This document shows, piece after piece, positions 37,985 through 50,000 of a DNA stretch of 64,000 bases. The DNA comes from Aplysia californica (lineage: Eukaryota), in assembly GCF_000002075.1 (NCBI RefSeq), contig NW_004797502.1:64998-128997 (forward strand), written 5' to 3'. How positions within the stretch are numbered: position 1 is the stretch's first letter; every line of letters begins with the position of its first letter. A model generated the notes under the pieces. It was not told where the DNA came from, made no database searches, and saw only the letters and a list, made by a program, of their open reading frames with translations. The position numbers and the translations under genes were made by a program.

Positions 37985-38534
37985 GTTAAGGGTAGGGGCT
38001 GGGTCAGGGTTATTTGTTTTTGTAAAGTGTTTTACGGCGCTCGCAACTGCATAAGGTCGTATGAGCGCCGGGGACACACCTAATATTTTCAGTTGGTAGG
38101 AAATTTTGAATTTTTTGCGGGTGGCGGCCAAAGCCTACTCTTATCGATTTTAGACCACCAAGGGACTTTTAACGTGCGCATCTTGCACACGGGCCCTCCG
38201 AGATTTTTCCGCCCTTGTCCGAGAAGGCTAGGTGTAGATCTTTCCTACCAAAAGATCAGGGGTGTGGCTGAAAGACAGCAGTAGGAAGAAGCGAAGGAGT
38301 AGCAGTAGAAAGGCTGCAGAAAGAATCAGGAGCCCAAAGGAAGGGGCAAAGGAGGTGAGGGGATGGGAACAGGAAGAGGAGACGAAAGCTGACGACAGAA
38401 CATTGCTAGAGAGCAGGAAATGAGGTGAAAGGAGACAAATTTAGAGAAGAAAATTTTTTGGTCGCTACCCGGATTCGAACCCGGGACCTTTTGAATGAGA
38501 GGCCAACACCTTAACCTCGAGGCCACGAGAGCCC
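37985..38534 (-). mobile_element. tRNA-derived SINE family A
   Basis: Full reverse-complement copy of 4733-5290 with an intact B box (ggttcgaacccgg). Confidence 0.85.
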
Positions 38535-38653
38535 CCCCCCCCCCCCGGTCAGGGATAGGTTTCTTCTGTAGGCCTATTGTCTATTGTGTTTGCTGGGGTG
38601 ATCGCTTGTTACGGAAATCCTTCCTGATTTATTAAGCAAAGGTAGTAACTTAC

Positions 38654-39409
38654 ATCTTTCCAAGTAGCTCCAGTTTCTTGACACAGGAGGTGAATATGCA
38701 AAAGCAGCTCATTGTTGCGAGGCAGATCTTGTGGCAATGATGGTCTGCGTCCCTTTCCGGTTGCTAACAACGTAGCACGAAGAGATGACATCCATTGGTC
38801 TGGAAAAAAAAATCATTCATTAGTCTGAGCTACACACATGAAACTTTTGGGGAGAGAGAAGAGTAATACAATACTGTCCAGACCCAGGGAGTAAGGGCAT
38901 TTGAGGAATAGAAGAAGATATACCATACAAGAATCTCTACGAAGTTTTGACAGATCTGGTTGTGTGCACGTCTAGATCTAGCCTACAAAAAAGTTAATGC
39001 ATGATATTTGATAAGTAGGTTAGTAGTAATAGTAGGGCTATACTGTGGACTTACACATAACATACTTGCCATGTCCGATTCAGATCTAGATCTAGCTGCG
39101 TACAATGGTATTTCATTCTCGACTGTGCGACGTTTTGCCGTGGAAAGAGAGAAGAAAGTAAAGGAGGGTAAAATCCGCTTCGCGAAAATCGGGCTCTGCG
39201 CGCGGATTTTACGGGTTCTGCATACCTAAAAGAAACTTGATTTACTACATGATTTAAGACCATGAATTGGGTGTTTTGATACTCATAAGAGAGACAAAAG
39301 GTTGCTGAATAATATGATATAAAAATTATGCCAATCCCGTGAATGGGCTTTGTTTGTCAGCAAATTGAAAACGATCAAAATTTGACTTCGTGTGTGCTGT
39401 ATGCCCGTG
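38654..39409 (-). mobile_element. 5' end of a CAC-terminated DNA transposon with a spliced N-terminal coding fragment
   Basis: Minus-strand terminus CACGGGCATACAGCAC at 39409. ATGGCAA|gtatgt at ~39072 splices to ttccag|ACCAATGG (~38799), giving MANQWMSSLRATLLATGKGRRPSLPQDLPRNNELLLHIHLLCQETGATWKD|gtaagt. Confidence 0.45.
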
Positions 39410-39533
39410 ATCGGCCGCTACCCGCGGTACCTATAATGATACTCTACACTTATATGCACACACAATTCCACAGGAAAAAATAATTCACAGAGATATGTGC
39501 ACAACTATTTCCATTCACAAGCGAAACTGGACT

Positions 39534-40519
39534 TCACTCGTTCCGCCAGAAAAACCTCTCTGTGTGGTACTTCCTGAAGCACCCACTCAGACAGAGGCCT
39601 GGCTTACTTGGGCAGTCTGGGCAGTAGTACCTTGTGTCTTTCTGCAAACCCTTCTTTGTACAAACACAGCACCTTTTTGGGGGATGATCTTTTTTCTCAG
39701 TTGGGGGAAGAACTTCAACAAAGTGCTTGTCGTAAAGTCAGACCGCATGATCATCGGTGACACTTGGAGCACCATCATCCCCAAAGATCCAGTCTGCAAC
39801 AATATCTTTCTGGAAGTCAAGGAAACTTGGCTTATTCCCTGCTTTTTCGAACCGGGTATGCGCATTCAGCATTTCAATTTGAATCATGTGCACGAACAAC
39901 TTCTTGTACCTCTTGAGGGTTTTCCGTGTGGCCTCGTATGGTTGGAGTAGTTGATCATGGCGGTCTACTGAGCCCATGTGTAGGTTATATGACAACACAG
40001 AGGGTGGCTTCTCTGCGGTCCCTTTAGGATCGTGGCATGTGGTCAACATGTACACCTACCTCTTGTCATGGTATTTCTGAGCAAGAAGGTGGCCACTGGC
40101 ACAGCTTTCAGTAGCTCCCTTCTCAACTGGAAGCGCTCTGAGCAGAGGAGCGGTCCTGTTCTTTCTCATGATGCCACAAGCTGATGTTTGTTGGCTGTGG
40201 AGGAAGGAAAATAGGTCCATAGAAGTGTACCAGTTGTCAACAAAGAGTTTATATCCCTTGTTCAGCAGAGGGAGCATGAGGTAGACAAATTCTTTGGCAG
40301 GTCTGCCAAAGGTGGCACATTCGTCTGGCAGGATTGCATCAATGGCCTCAGTGCTTTCGTCCTTTCCTGCATATATGCGAAAACGGTTTGTGTAACCACT
40401 GCCGTCACACAAAAGAAACGATTTGATTCCGAATCGAGCCCTTTTCAGCGGTATGTACTGCTTGAATAAAAGCCGACCTTTCCAAAGCATAAGAGACTCA
40501 TCGATCGCAATGTTCTGGT
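39534..40519 (-). pseudogene. piggyBac transposase pseudogene (C-terminal half)
   Basis: IAIDESLMLWKGRLLFKQYIPLKRARFGIK, LFVDNWYTS, YNLHMGSVDRHDQ and the C-terminal Cys-rich domain (RCRVC..TRYYCPDCPSKPGLC..CFRKYH). In-frame stops at ~40056 and ~39738; the 5' part runs into the gap. Confidence 0.92.
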
Positions 40520-40619
40520 NNNNNNNNNNNNNNNNNNNNNNNNNNNNNNNNNNNNNNNNNNNNNNNNNNNNNNNNNNNNNNNNNNNNNNNNNNNNNNNNN
40601 NNNNNNNNNNNNNNNNNNN

Positions 40620-43600
40620 CTAACTGATGAGATGCATTATTTGTAATGTGCAAATACCCTGCTCCCAGGCCCAAAAAACAGATGACTAACCAGCAAAAAG
40701 GAAAAAAAGAAGATAGTTGACTTTGTAGAGACGTGCAGTCGAAATAACGTTATGCAATCAAAACCATGTAAAAACCAGTGGACAAAAGTGAACTTCATAA
40801 AATATAAACAGCTATAACTTCCCTCCTAATTCACCTAGAGCAATCATTTTGGTATCAAATTAAAGCTTCTTTTCAGCATAAGAAGCTTAAATAGTTTAAA
40901 TCTTTGTGTGATCATTGTGGAAAATAATATGAGTCAGCAAGTGTGATGAAGAGTGAAAAGAAAAAGGCTCATATGTGAAGCATCGGATTTTCATTATAAA
41001 CCTATACTGTAACCAGCACTTACAGTTGACAGCGCGTACATCCACTTCCCAAATAAATTCCAGGGCTAGAGAAGAATCACTGCTTTCTCCTCTTCTTTGC
41101 CGGTTGTTTTTTCGGGCGTACAATGGCAGGGGGGGTGTTGGGCTCCTCCGGGACGGTAGCTGGGGGATTGTCTGGTGTAGCGACAACTGGCTTGGGGCAC
41201 ACTATGTCCTTGAACTCCTCTTGCACGAAAGGCCTTATCTCCTGATACAAATAGTTCTGCCTCTTGTTGTCCAGCCCAGGCAAAGAAATAACATTGGGCA
41301 TGCCCTCTAGTGGCACTCGTGTCTTCACAATATTTAGAGTCACTTCAGGGGAGCTAGAAAACTTCTTCACTACAAGTCCGTCCTGTGAAAAATGAAAATG
41401 CTGATTAGCCTTAATGTCTTTTACTTTTCGAAAGTACTGACCGAGAAACTCAGTCCACTTAAAAAAGGAGACAGAGGCTGTGTTGGGGTCAGGCCCAATA
41501 ACATGCGCTAAGTTGGAAGTTGAGCTGCTCTCCACCACAGCGGCAATACATTGCATGGAGTCAACTTTAGTCCTCCGCAGCCGCTTCTTAAAAAGACCAA
41601 AGCACCAGTCTGGGCTAAACTTGGTGTGGCCAGTTATCAAGAAACTCATTTTAATGCTACGGTGACGGCCAGTCATGACACGCCACAGTAGGTAGTTCAT
41701 CATAGCGCTGTTTTTGTTTTGTCCCGAACAATTGTCCGCATGAATGTGGAGATCCTGTTCACCAAGTCCATAGTTGCTAAGGAAGTGGTGAAGCAGGGAA
41801 ATCACACAATCAGCACCTTTGCCGGGCGAACACGCTTCGTCTATCAAGTAGTTTATTTGTTTGGACAGAGCTTCACAGTGGATCCCGAAAAGCCCACACT
41901 TCCTGGGGGTCTTGAAGTAAATGGGCCCTGGCTGAAGTGGGTTGGACGGATACTGCACTTGCTGCGCAAAATCGAAACTGTAATGAACAACACCGTCATA
42001 GGAGCATGGGGGATTAACGCCGAAATCTGCTATATCCTCAGGTAGAGCCTGTTTAGCGGTATCGCAGACAAAGCGGAAATATGACCGCTCAGAAGTGACG
42101 ATGAAGAGATGCTGTTCTATGTCCTTTATAACAGCAGTCTTTGTCTCCACAGACTCGTTCCGCACACGAGTAAGTTTCGCAGCATCCTGCTGACACACCC
42201 AGCACAGGTCAGTAGCTGGAGGCATAGTTCTTATGAATGGCAGCAAAGCAGCCCAAATCCGCCGAAAGCTTCTGTAGCTCACAACACGACTTTCCGGCAC
42301 TGAAGATAGGGTTTCAGAATACTGATCGAAGACACTCTTTTTTGAACAGTTTGTGGGCAGCAGCTTTACATCCGACACCCAGTTGTGTGGAGTACGCCCC
42401 GGCAGCATGATTGCGTGGTCTTCGGCATAATTGACAATGAAGTCCACAACATTCCGTGTGTCCTTGAAAGACAAGGAGTTCGAAGGCAGCTTCTTGAGGT
42501 TTCCATGTTGGCGTGGGGAGATACCATGTTCTTTGTAGTGCACAATGAGTGCGGTTAGTTTTTCCCGGCTGATGGCATGGATGAAGGTAAACGTGTCCCG
42601 ACAGATTCGTTGCCCGTGGTGAAAATAATCCGTGCGGGAAGCCTTCCTCTCGGTCTGGCTTTTCTGCTTCGGCCTGATAGTAAATGCCGACAGATGAATG
42701 CCACAGCTGATCTTGGCAAGGACGACCATGTCCAGCTCCGCCCTTTCAAGCGACATGAAGTGGCACCGCAGCTCCTGCAGCTCCTCGTCCTGAAACATGG
42801 TATGGCACGGCTTACCATTATTCAAGGCACACGCACAAGGGGGACGCTTTGAAGAATTTTTCTTTGCACATGTCGGAGCAGTATCAGAACCAGCCAAGGG
42901 GAGCACAGCTCGGCCAATATCAGTCACAACAGAGAAATCAGACTCCAACTCTTCATGTGTGTCAACTGTGGAAAGATATTATATATGATTCATTAAGTAC
43001 ATGTTTTGGGTTGGGTTTTTTTAAACAAGCAGTCGTCACTCTAACAGAGACTCACTTTTTGTTGAGTCATGTTACGGTAGACCACACTATTCAGCATGTT
43101 TAAATGATTTCTCTCCCCACATCATATTGATCTGAGATGAGCATGAGGGCCTAATTCATAGTCCACCTTTGTATTTAATGAAAACTGTAACCATACATAC
43201 ACATTTTTTGTGATCATAAAACAGTATTACTCTGTGTCCATTCTCGTTCTAGCCTGAAAGCTGCACAAGACACTGAAAAGTAATTAGTCTTTGGTCTTCT
43301 TATAATAATATATATATATATATATATAATAATTATAATCTGCGTCTGTGGTGTAGCAGTAAAGCATTTCGCTGTCGCATGCAGAAAATGTGAGTTTGAT
43401 GCTCGCGTGGGGCGAGTTTTATTATAAATCGAGTATTCGTCTTTCTGCTGGCACGTTGTATCCCTCTCAACCCGGGTGGGCCGTGCTGCCTCCTGAATGA
43501 TTTTAGTGTCAAGAGACGTAAAACTAGAACAATTTACAATTTGTATAGATCTAGACCTATATTGTTGATCAATACACAGGAGTAGTCCTCACTGAAACCT

Positions 43601-44950
43601 AAATCTAGATCTAGATCTACACAAGCAGTCCTCACCGAAACAGCCTAAATCTAGATCTAGATTAGATAGACTGACTGCAGTTCCTAGATCTAGAATCTAG
43701 ACCTAGAATTTAAATCTTGAACCAGACTTAGATCTAGATCTAGATCTATGTTTTAAAAACAGTTTTGTAGTGGTTAGAACAAAGAGGGAGAGGTTAGATC
43801 TAGATATCTAGATCTAAATCTAGAATTCTAGACATGGTACAAAGGGTAGATCTAGATCTAGATCTAGATCTAGGGATTACGGTAAGGAGAAAGGACAAAC
43901 TAAAATGTAGACAAATTCGTCTAGAATCTGTTTCTCTTTATCACTTTTCATCACATCACAACCTTTGCAGGCGGTTGGGTTGGTGGTTGTTTGTGTCCTT
44001 GTTCGGTTGTTTTGTGTGTGTATAGATCAAGATTCTAGATATAGATCAAGACAGACAACACAAACGGTCATCAGCTGTTCAGCCGCAATGTTTACATCCG
44101 TAGGTAATGTCATTATTCACTTTATAACAAATACTAGCAAATCTAATTGTAACATTAGATACTAACCTGCATCAGAAGACTCTGTAGAATCTGAATAAAG
44201 AATCAGCGTCACTTCTTGAGCCGAAATAATCATCAAGAAAATCCTGAATGGAGTCGTTACCAACATTGTCAACAACGGTCCGCGAACAGCTGTTCAGTAG
44301 CTTGGCGATTTCCTCGCTTGACGTCGCCATGATCACTCGTCTCGACTTGTAGTGGTCGACGGAATATCTTGAATTTCTTTTCAAAACAATGCCAATGAAG
44401 TCCAAACAATAAAATGTCGATAGGGAACAGATTCAGCTGTATGCTCGAAGCGAAAATGACGAACTGCGTGACTTGTGAGGCTGTAGCTTCCCTCGCGCAA
44501 GTAGGACAAAGAAAACGGAAGACTGAATTTTGTACCGTGCTCGCTGATTGGATGCGCACTAAATACCCGTATATATTACTTCTGCGCACTCTTCAGTGTT
44601 GGAAAGTAGAGAAAACAAGCTTTAAAACCATACCAAATATAGGGGGTCTATTTTTAGACGGAAACCTTCCACAGCCGGCTGAAATTTGTCAATTTTTCGT
44701 TCTTCAAAGGCAATTTTCGATGATTTTTCCGATTGCGAGCGTCATAGGGTACCTTAGATATTGTCTTCAAAAACAGATTTTCCAACTGTTTTAGGCATTA
44801 GCATTACAATTTTTAGTTAGAAAAATGGATAAATAAAAAGATTTGGCTATAATCTCAAATTCGATAAAAAAAATCAATATTTTGTGTTTATGGAGCTGTA
44901 GCTAGGCTTGGGGATTTGCGTCTTCCGCCTGGTTTTCCCAGGCCACCACA
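40620..44950 (-). mobile_element. Sola-like DNA transposon copy B (near complete)
   Basis: Ends in GCCTGGTTTTCCCAGGCCACCACA (44927-44950), the inverse of 35859-35882 at 23/24 positions. Contains the transposase gene. Confidence 0.85.
41077..42965 (-). CDS. Sola1-like DDD transposase, main exon (open, 623 aa ORF)
   Basis: SFDFAQQV..P..QPGPIYFKTPRK, HADNCSGQNKN, GHTKFSPDWCFG (putative D/D/D triad), DLCWVC and a basic C-terminal NLS. Acceptor ttccacag at 42965; upstream exon 44330-44167 is frameshifted. Confidence 0.8.
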
Positions 44951-45329
44951 TATATGTCCCTAAAATATTGGAACCACTGTACTACAGTGACAGGACTGAC
45001 TCCTACAAAATCGCTTGTAACACAGAGTGGTGTCTTGTAGGCCCAAAAATATAACAACTGCACAAGGACTTTCAAAGAAAGATTGGAGTTTACCCAGTAA
45101 GAGTCTCTCCTCAATGAAATCACAACACTTTTATGACTGGGGCAACGAAAAACGTTGTCCTCACCTCGACCAGATTTGACAAGGGTCATCAAACGCCCGC
45201 AAGTGACGCAATTGGGGAGGTTAGATCTTAAAACATGGTTTTGAAGAAAAGTTATAGCATTATCATTTGACTGTCCAATTTCAAAAAGTACATTAATGGA
45301 TGGCTGTCTAGCAGCAGCCATGGGACGCA
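44951..45329 (-). pseudogene. Merlin/IS1595(ISXO2)-like transposase N-terminal fragment
   Basis: AITFLQ..L..CVTCGRLM..FRCPSH..SLRRDSYWVNSNLSL..LLYFW..VSPVTVVQWFQYFRDI, a zinc ribbon plus HTH typical of Merlin. Cut by the Sola TIR. Confidence 0.8.
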
Positions 45330-45429
45330 NNNNNNNNNNNNNNNNNNNNNNNNNNNNNNNNNNNNNNNNNNNNNNNNNNNNNNNNNNNNNNNNNNNNNNN
45401 NNNNNNNNNNNNNNNNNNNNNNNNNNNNN

Positions 45430-47050
45430 ATATATATATATAATAATTATAATCTGCGTCTGTGGTGTAGCAGTAAAGCATTTCGCTGTCGCATGCAGAA
45501 AATGTGAGTTTGATGCTCGCGTGGGGCGAGTTTTATTATAAATCGAGTATTCGTCTTTCTGCTGGCACGTTGTATCCCTCTCAACCCGGGTGGGCCGTGC
45601 TGCCTCCTGAATGATTTTAGTGTCAAGAGACGTAAAACTAGAACAATTTACAATTTGTATAGATCTAGACCTATATTGTTGATCAATACACAGGAGTAGT
45701 CCTCACTGAAACCTAAATCTAGATCTAGATCTACACAAGCAGTCCTCACCGAAACAGCCTAAATCTAGATCTAGATTAGATAGACTGACTGCAGTTCCTA
45801 GATCTAGAATCTAGACCTAGAATTTAAATCTTGAACCAGACTTAGATCTAGATCTAGATCTATGTTTTAAAAACAGTTTTGTAGTGGTTAGAACAAAGAG
45901 GGAGAGGTTAGATCTAGAATCTAGATCTAAATCTAGAATTCTAGACATAGTACAAAGGGTAGATCTAGATTTCTAGATCTAGATCTAGGGATTACGGTAA
46001 GGAGAAATGACAAACTAAAATGTAGACAAATTCGTCTAGAATCTGTTTCTCTTTATCACTTTTCATCACATCACAACCTTTGCAGGCGGTTGGGTTGGTG
46101 GTTGTTTGTGTCCTTGTTCGGTTGTTTTGTGTGTGTATAGATCTAGATCAAGACAGACGACAACACAAACGGTCATCAGCTGTTCAGCAGCAATGTTTAC
46201 ATCCGTAGGTAATGTCATTATTCACTTTATAACAAATATACTAGCAAATCTAATTGTAACATTAGATACTAACCTGCATCAGAAGACTCTGTAGAATCTG
46301 AATCAAATCAGCCTCGCTTCTTGAGCCGAAATAATCAAGAAAATCCTGAATGGAGTCGTTACCAACATTGTCAACAACGGTCCGCGAACAGCTGTTCAGT
46401 AGCTTGGCGATTTCCTCGCTTGACGTCGCCATGATCACTCGTCTCGACTTGTAGTGGTCGACGGAATATCTTGAATTTCTTTTCAAAACAATGCCAATGA
46501 AGTCCAAACAATAAAATTTCGACAGGGAACAGATTCAGCTGTATGCTCGAAGCGAAAATGACGAACTGCGTGACTTGTGAGGCTGTAGCTTCCCTCGCGC
46601 AAGTAGGACAAAGAAAACGGAAGACTGAATTTTGTACCGTGCTCGCTGATTGGATGCGCACTAAATACCCGAATATATTACTTCTGCGCACTCTTCAGTG
46701 TTGGAAAGTAGAGAAAACAAGCTTTAAAACCATACCAAATATAGGGGGTCTATTTTTAGACGGAAACCTTCCACAGCCGGCTGAAATTTGTCAATTTTTC
46801 ATTCTTCAAAGGCAATTTTCGATGATTTTTCCGATTGCGAGCGTCATAGGGTACCTTAGATATTGGCTTCAAAAACAGATTTTCCAACTGTTTTAGGCAT
46901 TATCATTACAATTTTTAGTTAGAAAAATGGATAAATAAAAAGATTTGGCCATAATCTCAAATTCGATAAAAAATCAATATTTTGTGTTTATGGAGCTGTA
47001 GCTAGCCTTGGGGATTTGCGTCTTCCGCCTGGTTTTCCCAGGCCACCACA
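45430..47050 (-). mobile_element. Sola-like transposon copy C (5' end; direct repeat of ~43317-44950)
   Basis: Near-identical to the 5' region of copy B, including the TIR at 47027-47050 and exon 1 (46432-46274). Confidence 0.85.
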
Positions 47051-47079
47051 CAAATGTCTGCGTTCCACAAGGCACTCAC

Positions 47080-50000
47080 ATCCTGAGGGCGGAGCGCTGA
47101 GCCAGCAGCTGAAGTCTCCACCATCACCTCACACTGCCATGGACCCGAACCCCCATCAATCTCATCACACTTGACGCTGACAGAAGTGCTCCGCCGACGA
47201 GGTACTGAGCCCGACGGAACTTGATTCTCATCTGAAGCAAATGACAAGAATTCCAATATATTAATAATTTAGACCTGCATGTGAGCCTCAACCAGATTGT
47301 CTGAAAATTTTGCGCAACCCCCCCCCCCCCCCCCCCCCAAGGAGCTTTTGTGGGTGTCATAAGTCATAAGGAAGGACTTTCGAGTAACGAGTGACCACCC
47401 CAAAAAACACAACAAAGAAGAGACCTAACCCTACCCCTACGTCTACCCCAAAAAAGAACCTGCAACGAGCCTTATGTGAAAAGGCCAGCAAAAGTTTAAA
47501 AAAAAATTAAATTAAAAATTAAAAAACCACACTCCAAAACAAACAAGGCTTACAAGGAGCATAATATAATGGCCTACATCTAGATCTACATATATATTGC
47601 TAGATCTATAATAATAGGGTTTGATACAATAAGTAACACAATAGAATTGGAATATGAATCCTCCATATATAGATCTAGAGCTAGTAAACTAAATAAATCT
47701 AGATCTAGATCTAGATCTAGTAGAACAAGTGAATAGGATCTAGGAATAGGCCTTGGCCTTGAACTAGAAATCCGCATCCGATTCCGAACAGAGGGGCTCA
47801 GCTGAGTCTAGATTCTAAATAAATAAATAATTCACGCACCTGATGAAATGCCTTTTACCAACATTAATATTACAGCACAGCCTATGATAGGGTTGGACAA
47901 AATAGAATTGGAATATGAATCCTCCATTGAGGTCTATAATGATCTCTATATAAATCTAGATCTAGATGTCTAGATCTAGATGTCTAGATCTAGATCTAGA
48001 TGTCTAGATCTAGATCTAGATGTCTAGATCTAGATCTAGATTCTATTTATCTAGAATCTAAATCTAAGTGAGTTGGACTGGAATTAATCCACACGATCTG
48101 AACAATTGAATTTGTCAACAAAACGAAATTCAAAATGGCCGGTCGAGCACGAAACAAAGTAGATAATTTAGGTCGTCGTCCTTTTTCGTATTCGCATTTC
48201 TACTCAGGTTCCGACAATTATGTCGGAAACGCCGACGTCGGCAGTCGGTGGTCGGCACGAACACGAAAGTGCCGACAAAGCCGACGGGAGAAAAGGGGGA
48301 CGCTGGCAGTCGGCCAGGCCTCGCACTTCGCACATTGACTGATACAGGTGGGCCTAGCGATAGCATCGGCCGCCTCGCGGGTCGGGTCGCGATTGTCGGA
48401 TTTCAGACGATTGTCGGCAAACATGCAGGTATAATAATTGCATTGATACAGTGCATATCCATGCTCTACAGCATGCTCTATGAGCTTTACAGCTTCTAAT
48501 TATACTACCCCAGCAAACCCTATAACACTCAGAAACGTCAGCTTCACAGGAATAATACTGTAGATTAAGCCCTCAAACACTTACAAACCGACAAGATCTT
48601 TCAATGTCTATAGCCAGGAACCCATTTCCAATAGGGTGAAGTGGAAAACGTGTATAGTGCCTTTCAAAAAGACATTGCATCAGGCCTCTGACAGGAGTCG
48701 AACACCTTCACCATACGGTTGAGAGTCTGAAAGCCTTACCACTAGACTACCGATGGCACAGTAACTTCAGTAATAACACAGAAACAGAACAAGATAAAGG
48801 ATCACGATGTTTAGTTTTAACATATACAAAACACAAAATAAAAAAGCACTACACCCACTTAGAACTCATAAATAGATGACAAACCTGATTTTCTCTTTCT
48901 GTCTTTCCGTTTGTTCTCGTCCCCATCACTTGAGCTATCAGTTGAGGTCACAACCTATGGGAAAAAAGGTATAACACTTTTATCTTAAAGGTGTCTCTTA
49001 GATAAGGAACCTGCACAAAAATCATCAGATTGTATTTTTAAAAACCCGCAAATAACGCAGCCATACGGTTGTTTTAGTTTTAGCAAGAGTTTTACAGAAC
49101 TTGCAACACAATTTGATCATAGAAGTGCTGAAGATTAGAAGTGTAACTGGTAACATATGAAAAAAAAAAAGGAGAGATAAAGATGACACACATTTGATAG
49201 GAAAGAAGAAGCAAACTTCACCACAGCATCCCCCAACCACCCATCATACAGTGGAAGACATCACCTTTCCCAAAAGTAATGACCAAAAACATTCCACTTC
49301 AAATTAAGCAAATTGTTTTCCCTTTGTAGCATCAAGCTCCATCAGACAGAGTCACACCAATTCTAAAAAAGAGCACTTGGTCCTCACTAAGAACATGGGC
49401 TGAAAAGATTACCATTTCCAGCAGGAAGATTAACAAAATAAATATCCCCACTATGAATCAAGCCTTAAACTTCCAAGTGAAGTTAGTTTACCAACAGCAC
49501 CACAGCAGGTGGTATAAACACCAACAATTTCCAGAACTGTCCAATAAAAAAGACCTCCCTTAAACCTACTTACCTGTGGTCCCACCCTGGTCATAGGTCG
49601 CTGACAAGAGCTCTCCTCTCGCACACAAAGCTGTACCAGTTTTTCCAGCTGTCCACATTCCACCCCTCATATACCCCAATCTCCTTGTATTCCCTTCCAC
49701 CTCTAAGCACAAGCACAATGCTTTCTTTGGTTAGCCTCTCTTTCTTTTGCCTATAATTTATTACACAATTAACTGACCTGATCACCTTCCTTTGTGTGTA
49801 AGTGAGCGTCCAGCTCCGACTGCTTCACAACAACAGATGGGCTGGTGGCTCCGGTGAGAACAGTGGTCGATGATGAGACAGACTGGGGTGATGATGCTGA
49901 TTTTTGCGACGATGCTTGAGATCCTGACGAAGGCAAAGAGCTTGACAGACTTCCCGATGACTCTGAAGGGAAAAGAAAAAGAAATTCAATAAAACATCAA

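Noticed and set aside
36396-38131. Overlapping or antisense ORFs duplicated at 40896-42852
   Set aside because: Shadow frames of the transposase, repeated only because the element is duplicated.
43317-47050. 1.6 kb direct repeats suggesting LTRs
   Set aside because: No gag/pol or primer-binding site; they are two copies of the Sola-like 5' end, separated by a Merlin fragment and a gap.
49574-49750. Possible extra MDM2 exon ending at a strong CAG|GTAAGT donor
   Set aside because: No convincing in-phase acceptor with an adequate intron length, and 49778 already joins 48954 in frame.
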